The notes under the pieces were generated by a model. It made no database searches, was not told the origin of the DNA, and saw nothing but the letters and a program-made list of their open reading frames with translations. The position numbers and the translations under genes are program-made. From positions 1,612,001 through 1,676,000 of the forward strand of contig JAYWIR010000003.1 of assembly GCA_036172245.1 (NCBI GenBank): a stretch of DNA of 64,000 nt. Direction: 5' to 3'. This document shows, piece by piece, positions 37,063 through 49,949 of this stretch (position 1 is its first letter; the number at the start of each line of letters is the position of its first letter). The DNA comes from Raillietiella orientalis (Eukaryota).

Positions 37063-40000
37063 CAAAACTATTTAAAAGAATGTGTTGGCATCACATGAAG
37101 GTCTCAAACAGAGAGCCTCCGGACAACCACGAGCGCTCAGTTGCTTGACTGCCACGGGCTGTGACAGCACCTACGCCGGTGTCAGCTTTGGTTTGGGTCA
37201 TCTACTTTAGCCACTGCGGCGGTGTATTTGATGGTTCGGCTTAATGATGTTGGGGTAATGGATAACGTTGTGCATTTTGGCAGCGGTGACGATATATTTT
37301 CAGGAATCATGGGAAGGATAGAAATTGATCCAAAAAAGAGTCATTGCGTGTTCAACGTTGAGGCAGCTGGGTATAATATTTATGGGGTGAGAGTTGGGTA
37401 TAGGGATGTTGGTTTACTATCGCCTGTTGGTTCATGCTGTATTAAAGTCTTTGATATTTTTGTGTGCGACGTTAGCGATTCGTGGGTATGATTGAAATCG
37501 AGGCTTGCCGGGAATAGGGGAATGGGAGTAGCGTTTACATTTCTAAGGATAGTTCACGTACTTTTACTCTTCAACATTGCTGCCCACAACTTGCACTCAA
37601 GGGAAATCTATTCGGTCCTTAACATCGGAAGTATCGGAAAAGCTACGTGTTGGCATCTAATTGAAGCTGCGTGTCAGCAGTGGTTGAAAAAGCGACGCTG
37701 ATCAATTATGTTCTAAAGACGTCAGTCTTCATTGATTTCACGAGAGGATATGAAGAAAGGGTACTCTGGCTCCAAGAGCGGCGAATAAGCGGTATAATGT
37801 TCGATTCTGAATATCAGGTTTTCACGTTTGACAGAAGCAAAGGTTCAGATGTTTTCGTTCCACTCCATGCTTTATTTGATCCTTAGCAAAGGATCGAGTA
37901 AAGCATGGAGTAGTTAAGGTTTCTTGTTTTTTCCTTTTGTCCTTGGCGTTTGCTGCTGCTCCGCAGGTAATGCCGACGCAAATTCAGCGCTCGATGTCAT
38001 CGTCAGCAAGAGCAGGAGTCTGTAGTGTGGGAGGAGGAACACAGATTTAAAAGTGGGTTAACCATTCATGGCAAACAAAAGGAACACACAAAACTCCATC
38101 GTCACTAAGATGGCAATCATTCTTAGAAGCCAGCCGAATTTAGAAACATCGTAGATGGTGGGCACACTTTCAGATACACTTGGAGTAGAAGAATCCTCTT
38201 TTGATGCAGAAAAATAACAAGAAATCGCGAAACTACAGAAACAGGGAACATATTACCGTTGCATCCAACCGAAAGTTTGATGAATGTAAGTGCCATGGCG
38301 ACTGTAAAATCGTAGTGAGGTCATCACAATTAGAGTATACCTGCCCTTATCATGGGAAGAAATTTTTATTCTCACAAACTTACAGGGAACGTTTTCGGAT
38401 TCCGCTCCCAAAGGAGCCGTGTGCAAATGTCACAATGTCTTTTTTCAGAAGTAGAAAACGGGAAAAGTTACAACTTGGTGATTTCCATACTTCGTGTTCT
38501 TTCCGGCTTTCTTAATTCTTCCACTGGGATCAACCAGCAATCTCTACATCCGCGGTACAGATGCTGATCGTTCGCAAGGTTTCCAATCCGATGCCGAGAG
38601 CTGACCACGTGCTCACTCCTCTTGCATTCCTCATCGCTGTTCAGGTCCACTCCTAGTTGGTTAAGATGCCGCTTCAACTGATAAAATCAGAAGGATGAAA
38701 AGCATCTGCTGACATTTGGGTAAGCAAACAAATAGCAAACAGATAGGAAGGCTATTGATTCGAACTGTTTCCGAGTGCAGCTTTTATGAATAGGCACCAG
38801 CCTGCTTTCCAATGGGATTTTCTACTAAGAAACAACGCGATATATTTTAATATGTATTCGGCTTGATTGTAAGTGCGGATAATTTGGATTTCTCTATTTA
38901 CATCGAAAGATCTCATCCCGTCTGATCGGCATGCACTCCGGTTGCTTATTTTCCAAGAAAGCCAGGAATGGCGGTCAAACCCTTGGAGCACACTGCTATC
39001 AGCAAGCGTGCAATTTGACTAAGTACCGAAGTTTTTTTTTTTTTTTTTTTTTTTACAAGTGTTGTAGCACTGTGCGCCCACTCTGTTTCAAAGCACTACG
39101 CGGTGCCGCTAGGAAGGGAGGAACATCCCCATCCAGAATGGAAAAATCGCTCGTAGGGGTATGCAGACAGTGTAGTCCTGTTTCAAATAACGGTCATTCA
39201 GTCCACTTTCGTGGTCACGCAGGGGAGCTCGAGAGCATTCCGACGGTGACCGGAATGGGCCGCGAATGCAAAGGAAAGCGTACTAATTTTCATGCAGCTC
39301 GATCGACACCTAGTTTCTGGGTTCGGCCTTTTTCTAGAGCCGGTAGTCGACACCTTACTACAGCCATGCCTGCGTGATTCGGCTCGATCCGGAGAAGATC
39401 ATGCGTCGTCCCGTTTTTCACAGTTTGAACTTTTGCGACGCTCTTGGGAGCAAGGATCGCTCGCTTTCCGTCTCTCCGGGCAGTTCAACAGGCGAAACGG
39501 AGGTCATCGAGGAGACCACGGCGGGCGAACGAATCTGGAATTCGGACACCGAAAGGTGGCGGATCCAAAACACCGGTCGCTAAGGAAACGAACGTTTCTC
39601 CTGAAAGCTTTCCTTAAGGCTCGAGATTCTAATACGCAGGATTACACCGTGCGCGCTCAGCAGTCGATCTTTTAAGTATTCAGGAAGGCAGATCTGTTTA
39701 CGTGCAAATTTGGGGCTTCAAAAATGCTCCCAGTTGCTCCTTAGAATTCCGCGTAGGGATTTTAAGACGGAAGGTGCTCAAGAAACAAGAATAAGAAATA
39801 CGGCGTGCAGATTTAGTAACCAACAACCATCGAAACCAATTCACAATCCAGCCAACTCCTGAAGGCTTCCTCCAGGAACGATTCAAAACACCTGCCGTTT
39901 CAGCGTCGAAATACAAAAATTCCATTTTTTTCTGGAAGGGCTAACAGCTCATCAGTAGCAGAGGGCAACCTCAGCTACATCCCACTGTTTGGACCGGGCG

Positions 40001-41484
40001 TTTCCTCCAAGGTGTACCGCACCCATCGAGCACTCATCTCTTTGAGCGTTTCAAAGTTCAAATCCCAAACTTTCGTTTTCTTCGTGAGATCGCTGTCCCG
40101 AAAGATCACACGGTTTCTGGATCATGCAGTTTGCTGTGGAAATTTCAAAGAGAGCAACGGAAAAGTGCTTTCCTCTCAGGAACGCACCATCTAAAGGGAA
40201 CGGAGACGTTCTTCCTTGTTTTAATACTTGTAATTTCTAACAGGTTACAAGGATGAGGCTTTTATTCCCTGATTTTAGTATATGTACAGCCGAAACGTGC
40301 GTATATATGCTGAAATCATTCTCTGATTTCGCTTTATGACCTCTGTACAATGCATGAGGCACGTTGCGTGTTATGCGAGCCCTATGATCACACAAAGATA
40401 ATATCATAGTTTTTGTAAAAGATTGAGAGCGTATCTTAAACGTCATGGCAGTTTGTTTACTTTAAAACGAAAAAAAGAAAGGAAGGAAGAATCGAAAGTG
40501 CTTATTCAACCTGATACGTAAAAAACAACAACTGCTAGAGTTCTGTTGATGTTAACCAGCTTGCACAATTCCATAGTTTCGGCTCTATCATTCTCGTTGA
40601 AAAATGCTACTTTATCCTCGATGCTCTATTTCATCCACGAAAAGTTCGGTGCGAGGTAGAATGGAATTCACTTGGATCGTGTTCCCGTGTCCTTCTCGGA
40701 AGCAGCTGAACCGCCACTGAGCGTACCACCAAAAGGAAATTCACTCCCAGCGTCGTAGGGGGCTGATTCGCCGCGTTGTACGGGAGGGCAGCCTCCATTC
40801 TTTCCTTTTTTTTTTTTTTCTTTTTTTCCTTCCCGTCCCCGCTTCATACGAATCCGCGTTGCTCGAGCGCCTGCTGTGTTTCTTCTGTCTTGACATTTCT
40901 TTCACCGAGGTCCTTGAGTCTGACAATTCGTGAGTTCGTTAAGGACGATCGAAGCGAGACTTTCTATGCAAACCAACCCTAAGATTTGCGACATTTGAAA
41001 GAGATTTCCGATTCCCTTTCCTTTGGAAACCTGATGCTCTTTAGGACCACGAGCGGGTTTCGACAAATTGGATCGGACAGCGGAGACCTTTGACCACGGG
41101 TTACGAGCCAGTTATCCTCAAAAGGGCGATCCGGAAAGTTGCATTTGTAATTCAAGAAACGGAAAGACAACCAGGATGACTCATTCCTCAGCTTCACCTT
41201 TTTCAATTTCAATAGCGGTTCCCTGCTATGATGAAGCTAATGCAGGTCGGTCTTAAAGAGACCGAAGGAACAGGCTTTTGATTGAAATGAAAAACAAGCA
41301 GTGACTTTCAGGTCGGGAAACAGACATGAGGATCACTTTTCGGACAAAAAAAATGAAAAATAAATAAATGGAAACATCGTAATCGATCCGAAACACACAT
41401 GCAAAATGGAATTGGACGCTCGGCATGTCTTCGTTCAACAACTGGCTTAATGAAAATCCGGCTGATTAAAAAAACGATTAGAAT

Positions 41485-44400
41485 CTAATCGAGTGGGAAG
41501 AAGTGCCCCATGAGACCAACGATGAAGAAATTCCCAAGCGAGAAATCTGGTAAATCTGACAGGATACAATGACAAAAGGTATTTACAGTGTAGTTATTCC
41601 TGTACTTGAACGATTGGTGTCGGTTCCATGAAACGACTGATCTACGGCATCTCACAAAGATCACAGACACGACAATCACAGTGATGCATATCAGCGCCAC
41701 GTATCCTGCAATGACAACTTGTCTCCGTATCCTTTTTTCCAGAACGTAAGCTTCACTAAGCTCTGTTACATAGGAAGGCACGCCCACTAACACGTCGTCG
41801 ATTTTATCTCCAATCTTCAGAAATACATCAGAGACATTGATTATCACGTGATGGTACTGTACCCTACTTGGGTCTCTATCTCATTTTGGCACCTTTCTAT
41901 TATCTCTTTCATTACGCTTGATTTATTATAGTGGGAGAAGTTCACGGGGAGGAGACTGACCACCAGTTTTTCTCCGAAGAGCAGTGGTGTTGGAGAAATG
42001 TACATCATATCCAAATGAGCCCATCTTTCCTAAGAAAGCATGAGAACGGTGGGATGAACGCGGGAACTTACCTTTTCCACGGAGGCCACCTTGTCGAGAT
42101 GGGAAAGCAAAATATGCACGAGCACGAATCGCAATTCCTTTTCTGCTTTCTGCCACCAGTACACCAGCGTCCTGTTCAAACTAATGACAACTGAGAAGGT
42201 TACACTCAACTCATCAGCATCGAGCGATTTTAAGGATTTAGAACGTGCCTTAAATGGAAAAAGATGAGCACCTTCACTTATGAGTATCAGACTTCATGCA
42301 TTTCAGCAACTGAAATTTCAGGATAGAAAATTCGATTCCCGGAACGAGGTGCGGAGGCGAAACGAATCCCTCGATCACACAAAAAAATAGAATACAAAGG
42401 GAAATTCATCCGGCACCACTCTGGCCAACACATTCGTGACGTCACGTTCCGATGTTTTTCGAAATCGGGAATTACAGGCGAAGACGCCATTCGTCTGATG
42501 TCGGAGGAATGCACGTTTGCCGTTCACCTATCCCCACTGAAGATGGGAAATGGTCCGACATGATGTCGGAGATTCCACCACATGTTTGTCTTTTGCCGCA
42601 GTCCCACGTGAGTCAAGTCCTTGACACCTCTCAAGTCCCCTTGCATCCAATTCTTCAGCGTACTGGAGAGTACCAGGATATCGTTCTGAAATCCTTCCTC
42701 TGATACGATTTTCTGTTGCATCATTCAGTTCGCTGCCATACTCTCATTCAATCCTTACAACCACGGAACTCTGTATGTAGATGATTAGCCACGGTTTCCA
42801 TCCATATGGTACTTCCATGGAGCCTTCACGATAGCACACGGCAATCCACTAAAGAAAAGTCCAATTTGCATGCCAGCAGCACTTTCTTCAGTGGAGCCTG
42901 CTCGAAATGATGTGCATCTCTTTGCTACGAAAGTTAAGGACAGTGTTCGTTTGCAGGATTCTCTCTGCCCCACCAAGTCTGCGGTACTCTTTACGGATGC
43001 TGGGAGATCGAAACCTACGTGAAGCGAAGCGAGAAAAAGTACCTAGTTGCCGATCAACGTGCGAAATTCATTGGCAGGAGAGTTTTCCCTGCCGCAATGA
43101 TCCCTCACATCCTTCTTATCCCTTCCTTGCTTAGCTCTATGGGAGTCATCAGTACCGGGAAGACAGTCTGTTGTCATCCTTGTTCATTTATTCATTTGTC
43201 TTCGCCGCTACCTCCCAAGTTGCTATGAGGAATCCTGCCATTTTCTCGTATGCTTTATCTAATGTAGATAATGTAATAGTGAATGTCAAAAATGCGTATG
43301 AATGAATAAGAAACCCTTAATATAAATAAACAGTCTGGCACACCCAGTATGCCAGTAGCCTATCGAAAGAAGCCCGGACGCAACTTGACTGGAACTCTAC
43401 AAGGGAGAGAGGCAGATCCAACCTCTTACTTTTGACAGTTCTAGAAGGCAGCCAAAGCTCCACAAGCATGTGCGCTAGAGTGCACGTCTCCCGTAGTACC
43501 TCCGACCTATCGACGGTCCACAGCCCTTTCGCTACACGCACTCGTCTCTTCAAATCGCTTGTAGCTCTTTCCCTATCTTTCCTACTTCTAGTAATTTTCA
43601 TGGTCAGTTAATCTTAGTCTCCGAAAATAAACCATCAGCGTTATGATTCAGTCCAGGTCCGGCCTTGTCGTATCCCGTTTCTTCTCTCCCACCTTTTACT
43701 CCGTCTACTCAAGGAAGAAGAACGAGCCCCATCGTCTTGATCTGCATTTTCCTGAATCCTGAATCGTCATCGTTAATTATCATTCGTCTCGGCCGAATTC
43801 TCGAGACCTGAGATCCAGAACTCTGAAATCTGGAGGGAAGAATCACATCTGCCCGTGGCAGGAGTTCGAACGCCAGACATCCCTCTGATGGAATCACTGA
43901 CCGCCTGTGTTTTGTCGGTTTTACGAGCCTCCACAAAAAAAATTTGAGTCAGAGGTGGTGAAACCATCGACCATCTCTTCCTTGTGCTTCGTTCTTGCCT
44001 CAGCTTTCGAATGTGAGCTTGAATTACCATAGCGACTATCCAATAACTGGGCTGTGAGCAGCGCCTGCCCGTCTTGGCCGATGCTCTAGGACAACTTTGC
44101 ACGTCTTTGCCTGCGGCAGTGGTGACTTATGACACGCTCTGTTTTCCAGGGAACTACGCGGACCGTGCAAGGAACCGCTCCTTGGATGGATCCCCAAACT
44201 CAACTTGAACTCGGGGAGCAGACGCGAGTTCTCACGTGCGTGCGAGCGAAACAGGGGAAACGAAACGTGCGGTAGCAGCGCTTTCTAGCCTTCAGCACGA
44301 GCTCTGAAGACTCGTGCGATAGTCCACCACTCTGACTCAACGGCGATGGAGCACCTCCGTCGCCATCTTTGATACGCTTTACACGAGTGATGGACTGCAA

Positions 44401-47400
44401 GGCAAGCGAGGCCACATTAACACCAGGGTCTCCTTTCCATCATTTCCAGAGCAAGAGCGTTAGTACGGATCAACCGGCGCTGCATCCGCACCTTGAGGCA
44501 ACCTCTCAAAGATCTTTGGATTCTCGTCTTGGGTTTCCAAAAAATCACAACTCGGTGGTGGGAATTCCTTGCAGCCGCCGCGGCTACATGCACGGTTATT
44601 CCGCGTTCCTGGGAGCAGCTGGGATAGAATGCGGATTTGGCTGCAGGATTGCCATCTTGCTCTGTGTCACACATTCCCATCCGCGAATCGGATGTCCGAA
44701 GATCGGCGGCGACCATGACAACCATGCATCGACACGAAGCAAAATGAGCAGAAGTTGATTTTCGGAAATGCTTTTCTGCTTCGGTCCTACGAAGTCTATC
44801 GCTCAGGTTCCGGGAACGCAGATTCTCGGTCGAAAAGGTGCAGACGCCGAAAGAACTCCGGGCACCGAGAATCTTCCGTGCAATCTCACGGACTCAGCCG
44901 GGTACCTCGAATTCTTCTTCTCCCGCTACAACAGGGCGCGCGGTTGCATCCAAGTCGACGCTCGGAGGCTCCCTGCCGCCCGATTCTTCCGGCTCTTTTT
45001 TTTTAAAAAAAAAAAAACTTCGCCCTCGCCAGCGAACAGGACAGGAGCGGGAATAGGAGACAGGAAACTGGGAATTCCTGTCGAATCCAGGCTGGAAAAC
45101 TCGCTTCCTCTTGTCGCCGAATCGAAAAGTTGTGCAATTTGACGCGAAAAGACTCGGGTTTGAGGGCTGCGGTGGCCGCGACATGGCTCAAGAAAAAAAA
45201 AAAAAAAAAAACCGCGTACAGCGATTCCCGGGATAGCGGGAGATTCGCACCGCCTCCGCGTCGTACAACTGCTGGATTTTTGCAAAGCGGGCTGGCCGGG
45301 GATCGCTTGAAGAGCGAGGAGGTGGAGCAAAGCGCTTTGCCAGGGCCTTGAACAAACGGTCGAATGAAGAACGGAGGCGTGGCGCTCAGCCGGCTTCGGG
45401 GTATCTTGGAAACCTGCATCCAGTCTCGAAGCACTCAGACTCTGGATCGAAGGAACGAGAGAGATCCGAAAACACTGCTCTGTTGCTCTCAGAGACAGGT
45501 CGGAGAGGAGGAGAACTTCCACTCTCGAAGCCACTCCCGAAAGGAATTCCCGAAAGGGGAACCTCCAAGAGCGCGGCGGCTGCGAGTGCTCCAAAGTCTG
45601 AACAGCTTACATAATGTTCCCAGCGTGCTGCAAGGGCGCGAGGCCCCGTCAGCAGGTGGTCTCTCACCACCTCAACCACTTGCGTTCGGCTGCGTCAGTC
45701 CCCCCACCCGACAACGGTGCGAGGGGAGTTGATGAAGAAGCTCTGCGAAGTGGAGGAGGACGAGAGGAGGCCGGGAGCGGGAAGGGCGAGACAGCTCACG
45801 ACTCGGCCGATAGGGAGCGAAGACAATGCGAGGGGAAAAGGGTGAACAGCAACGTGAGCGTGCGCCACCGGAAAAGTCACAAGGATGCGGGGGATCCGCT
45901 TCATAAAGGGACGAGTTTTGCGAGTTCAAGGTCGACGTGGCATCCATCTGCGCAGCAACATCCAACGATCATCTTCAGCATCCCGTAAGGAAGTCGAAGG
46001 AAGAGAGCACCTGACTGAGGCGTTCTCGAGGGCCCGCTGCTGCAGACAGCGTGGAGCTGAAGTGTGCGTGGTGTCGGTTACTGCATGCAAAAGCGACAGG
46101 GTCCTCGGCTGCGCCATTCGACCATTCACCCCGCGCCTGCTTAAGTGCTCAAGAACCGTCAGCCTAGGGGATCACGAAGCTCTTTGACGCTGTCCATGTA
46201 CGCCACCCGAGGGTGCGTGTTAACCCATCGAGTTATAGGGGGCACTCCGGGAGAACAACCCTATGAAACCGGGAAGGCTCCGGAGGGAAGGAGTCCGTTC
46301 CTCTTACGCTTGGGGGATAATCCTGAAGGTAATCACCTCTTCCTTGTTCTCTCCGGAGGGACCCCTAAGAGGGAGTCGTTCTTCCGGAGGAAACCGCTCC
46401 TTGTTTCCTTCTCTGAAGAGGAATCCCAAAAGGTGCGCTTCTGAATGTCTCTGGAAGGCCTCTCCTCGAAGGGAGGGCAGCGCGCTTCTTGAGAGAGGGG
46501 CAACTTCCCGAGGGGGCTGTCGACGAGCTGCATGGAGCGCGATGGAAGGTCTTCCCCCGAGGGAAGAGGACGACTCCGCTTTAGCAACCGGAAAGGGAAC
46601 CCCGAAGGGCTTTCCTTATGCCTGGAATAACTCTGGAGGATCGACTCTCTATCCCGGCCAGTCACCGGGGGCACTCAAGGGTTTCCGTCTTTCACCCGTG
46701 CCGCGTCCGCAACCTACAGGTCGACCAGTGCTGTCCTGCGAAATGGAGGAGGGATTCGAAACTCACGACGCACCCCCCATTTCTCGGCGTCAATCCTTCC
46801 CAGGGCGGGATTCGAACCCGCGATGCGTGGTGCCAGGAGCAGAGACCGCGCGGCTGCCAAAGCGGACAAGTAACAGGATCATTGGTCTCTTGACGAAGCG
46901 CCTTCTTAACTGACAATCCCTTCCAGAAGTGTCCTCGAGTCGGAGTAGCCATTCCCTTGAATGGAGTTCAGGTTCCGAGAACTTGCGAAAGCTCCTCGCT
47001 TCTTCAGACGAATGAATCAGCGTTTCAAATGCATTGGAACACCCTCGTAGGCACCTTTGTGATCTTTTATCTTTAATAAATCTTTCCATTTCATGGACCG
47101 CCCTTCCCTTCCCATCAGGATCATGCCGAAGAGTTGTAGAGGTGATGAGGGGCTCTGCCTGCATACCAGAAGCTGAATAGGACCAATACATCCTTGCCTG
47201 CTGCAATGGTGACTCCTGACACGCTCTGTTGGCCAGGTAGTATGTGGGCCGTGCAGGAAAGCGCGCTCTGGACCGATCCCTAACTCAACCTGAACTCAGC
47301 GCAGAAGCGAGAAGACCCCTGCAAAGCTTCTCGTTGCTGATCTTCGGACGCGCATGTGGGTGGATGTCAGCGGACCTCCTCGAAACGGAGGGAGAGGGAA

Positions 47401-49031
47401 AGGAGAAATTCAGACCCCAGCACACTCGCGAAGAACGCTGAAAACTTTCCGTGCCCCGAGGGGAAAGCTGCGCACGAGTCGACCAGATCCAGGTTGGTTT
47501 GCAAGCGAAGGGGAATCTGAGGAAAGAACCGGAAGCAGAGTCCCGAGACAACGAGGGTTCAGGCAGGACGGAACCTCAGCCAGTCTTCGAGGATTTGCTC
47601 CAAGAGATGATCGGAGATACCCGTTGACCCTGTTTCAATGACAGGACACGTCAGTCCCTCCCTATGATCCTCCCTTTAGGCATCGTTCTTTGCGGCTGAG
47701 AAGCAGCGAAGAGATCCTACGCTGCCCTCGCAAAACAAGGCTTCCCATCCATGGGACCTCCCATCCTGGCTTCGAAAGTGGGTAGAAGGAAAAGGGGATG
47801 AGGAAGGAAAGTTCTCAGAAGCTCGGGCTGGTTCTGACTCAGGGATGGAAACGCATCTCACCTGGCTGATTCTTTGGTGGTACCAAGAATGCTGGTGCTC
47901 CGGCAGGAGGCAATCGTCGAGAAGCGACGGTTCCTCCGAAGGGATTCCCGGGTGGACGAAAGGCTTGCTGCTTTCAGTCTGAGTGCCGGAAAAGGGTCTC
48001 TCGTCCCTCCCCCTGCCACCAGGAGCAGTGTGGTGGTGGAAGAACTCTATCTCGGGGAGCAGGGTCTCTTCGTGGTCCTCCTCCTCAGGTACTTCGGTTG
48101 GGGTAACGGCGAAATTCGGGATTCTGGTAGAGCGGCTCGTCTCGTCGTCGGTGGGGATGCTGACTTCGTTCGGGGATCCGGTTCTCTCCCTTGGAGTCTC
48201 GCCCTCAGCGTCTCGCATCCTCTTCGTCGTGGGAGCGACGGCAGTAGAGCCGTCCGGCTGCGTGGGCGCCGAGGCTTCTTCGGTGGTCCTCAAGATCGAC
48301 TTCCAGACTTCGGGCGTGATCTCGGTAGGTAACTCTGCTTTCCCGGTTGTTGAGAACTCGGGGTATCTCCAGAAGGAGCGAGACGGGTGACGGGAGGGCT
48401 CTGTGAGCCGGACGGGGTCACCGAACCGAGTCGGAGTGGGCGCGTCCGTGGCGGAGAAAGCATCCCGTTCCCCAGAGGGCACGGGAGCAGGTGGACCCGA
48501 TGTGCCCGGATGCCTCGCGCCCACGGATGAAATCGTTACATCAGTTTCATCTTTCGGGATCACGGGGGGAGGAGGGCTCGAGGCGATGTCAGGAGAAGTG
48601 ACAGTGTCCGAGACTGAAGGGAGGGATGTGCCCGTGGGGTAGTGGCGATGAGCTCGAGCGAAGTCAGTGTTCGCTGCGAGAACTTCGGACGTGCTGAAGG
48701 GCTCTGCGACCGTCAGGGTGGCTTGTCTGTCTAAATCCACGGTTGAGGGAGTGGTTTGCGTCCATCTGGAGAGGTGAACTGTCTTCGGTGGGCTTTCCGG
48801 ACCGAGGTAATCTACGGTGCTCCGCGTACCTCCCTCCGCGCCGTAGGAAGCGTCCATGCCTTCGAAACCGGGAAGAGGAGTGGACAGATGCCCCGGTTCG
48901 ACCCGGAAGAGGTCATTTTCCTCCGCGTGGTGGAAAGGCAGCATCAGCATGATGCACGGCACTGGAACAGAAAGCTTCACAGGTCTCGGACTGCTGCTGT
49001 TCTGGCTCTTCGGCGCACGGTGAGCGTTCAT
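41485..49031 (-). CDS. Mucin-like single-pass membrane protein. Exons ~49031(5' end uncertain)-47862, 42848-42759, 42685-42608, 41814-41485.
   Basis: A ~390-codon T/S/P/E-rich open frame ends at CAG|gtgaga (47862). The downstream phase-0 exons have ttttctttag, atttcag and ttctgaag acceptors and join in frame to the hydrophobic helix 'VVIAGYVALICITVIVVSVIF'. Confidence 0.6.
43700..44730 (-). mobile_element. LINE 3' fragment (family B, zf-RVT-like region) in the mucin-gene intron
   Basis: 'IFWKPKTRIQRSLRGCLKVRMQRRLIRTNALA...PWC*C' resembles zf-RVT. 44120-44228 aligns with 47207-47312. Confidence 0.5.
45210..46130 (-). mobile_element. Distant Tx1/L1-like LINE C-terminal remnant
   Basis: 'SRPWQSALLHLLALQAIP...SCTTRRRCESP' parallels family A 'PSKWQELALLLLLHG...C..C..ES'. 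Confidence 0.4.
46135..46870 (-). mobile_element. Second copy of the tRNA-derived SINE
   Basis: Perfect T-arm gcggg-ttcgaat-cccgc (B-box at 46808-46818 on minus). The body aligns with 29300-30090, including taacacgcaccc near the 3' end. Confidence 0.7.
46920..47640 (-). mobile_element. Second LINE family B 3' fragment
   Basis: tgacacgctctgtt...ccgtgcag...actcaacctgaactc...gcgag is shared with 44130-44228. Confidence 0.5.
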
Positions 49032-49949
49032 CTAGCGTGCAAGAAGCCTCTTCTTCCCTCATGCGCTCTCGGTGGGTAGCTGAGAGTAGGAAGCCCACGA
49101 CTTGAGCGTCTTGCATGCCCTCCAGAGCTTTCAGCCATCAGCGAGTGTGAAAAGATAGAAAGAAGGAAGGCAGGAACTCGACGGTCTGTTGGGTGCTTTC
49201 CTTTTTCTTCTTGTTCTCTGCATCCCTCCCCCTCTCCCCAGAGTGTGTTGCGTAAGAAAATTTTTTTTTCAAGGGACACTCTCATTCCACACCTCCTTCT
49301 CCTCCTCTTCCTTCTCTCTCTTCCTCCTCCTGCCCTGAAACTCTGCACAACAATTTTAAAGCCAAGATCGACAAATTTGGCGGGAGAGAGGAGCATCTTT
49401 GGAAGGCAGTAAGAGCGAATTGCAAAAAGAAAAAAAAAGGTCAAATAAGGGGAAATGCACATAAGTCGTCTCAATAGTAGGACCAAACGCAACCTGCATC
49501 CCTGCTCCCTCTCCCGAGGCAGCTCCTGGACCCTTCTTGCAGGACTCCCCGGGTCGAAGCGAAGGGTCGCGGTGACGAGAAGCTACGGAAGCGTCGGCAT
49601 GCCGATGAGCAAACTCCGATCTTTTCCATCCCGCAAGGCCTCTGCCTGCAGGTGACCCTCTTATTCCTCGCCCCCTCTTTCCTGAATGCACGTGGAGGAG
49701 CCGCCCATCCGCGAATCTCCCCCAAGCCGCAAGAAATTGGTTGCTCTGGATATGCTGCGCTATCAGACGATAGAGTTTTCGTGGCTCCGACGTTGAGGGC
49801 AAAGCCCCGGGATCGAAAACCGGGACTGTTCAGGAAAAGCGGAAGGGACTGAGAGCAACCTGAACCCTCTCTCCAAGAAACATGGATGCTTGTCCGTGCG
49901 AAAGAACGTCACTTTTTTTGTCCGTCCATGACGTCAGATGGGAAACCAT

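Noticed and set aside
37140..37520. Possible CR1/L2-like RT fragment on the minus strand ('FGSISILPMIPENI')
   Set aside because: A single weak motif; not enough to call.
46795..46870. Possible tRNA gene (perfect T-arm)
   Set aside because: No proper acceptor, D or anticodon stems, and it continues into a repeated body, so it is a SINE head.
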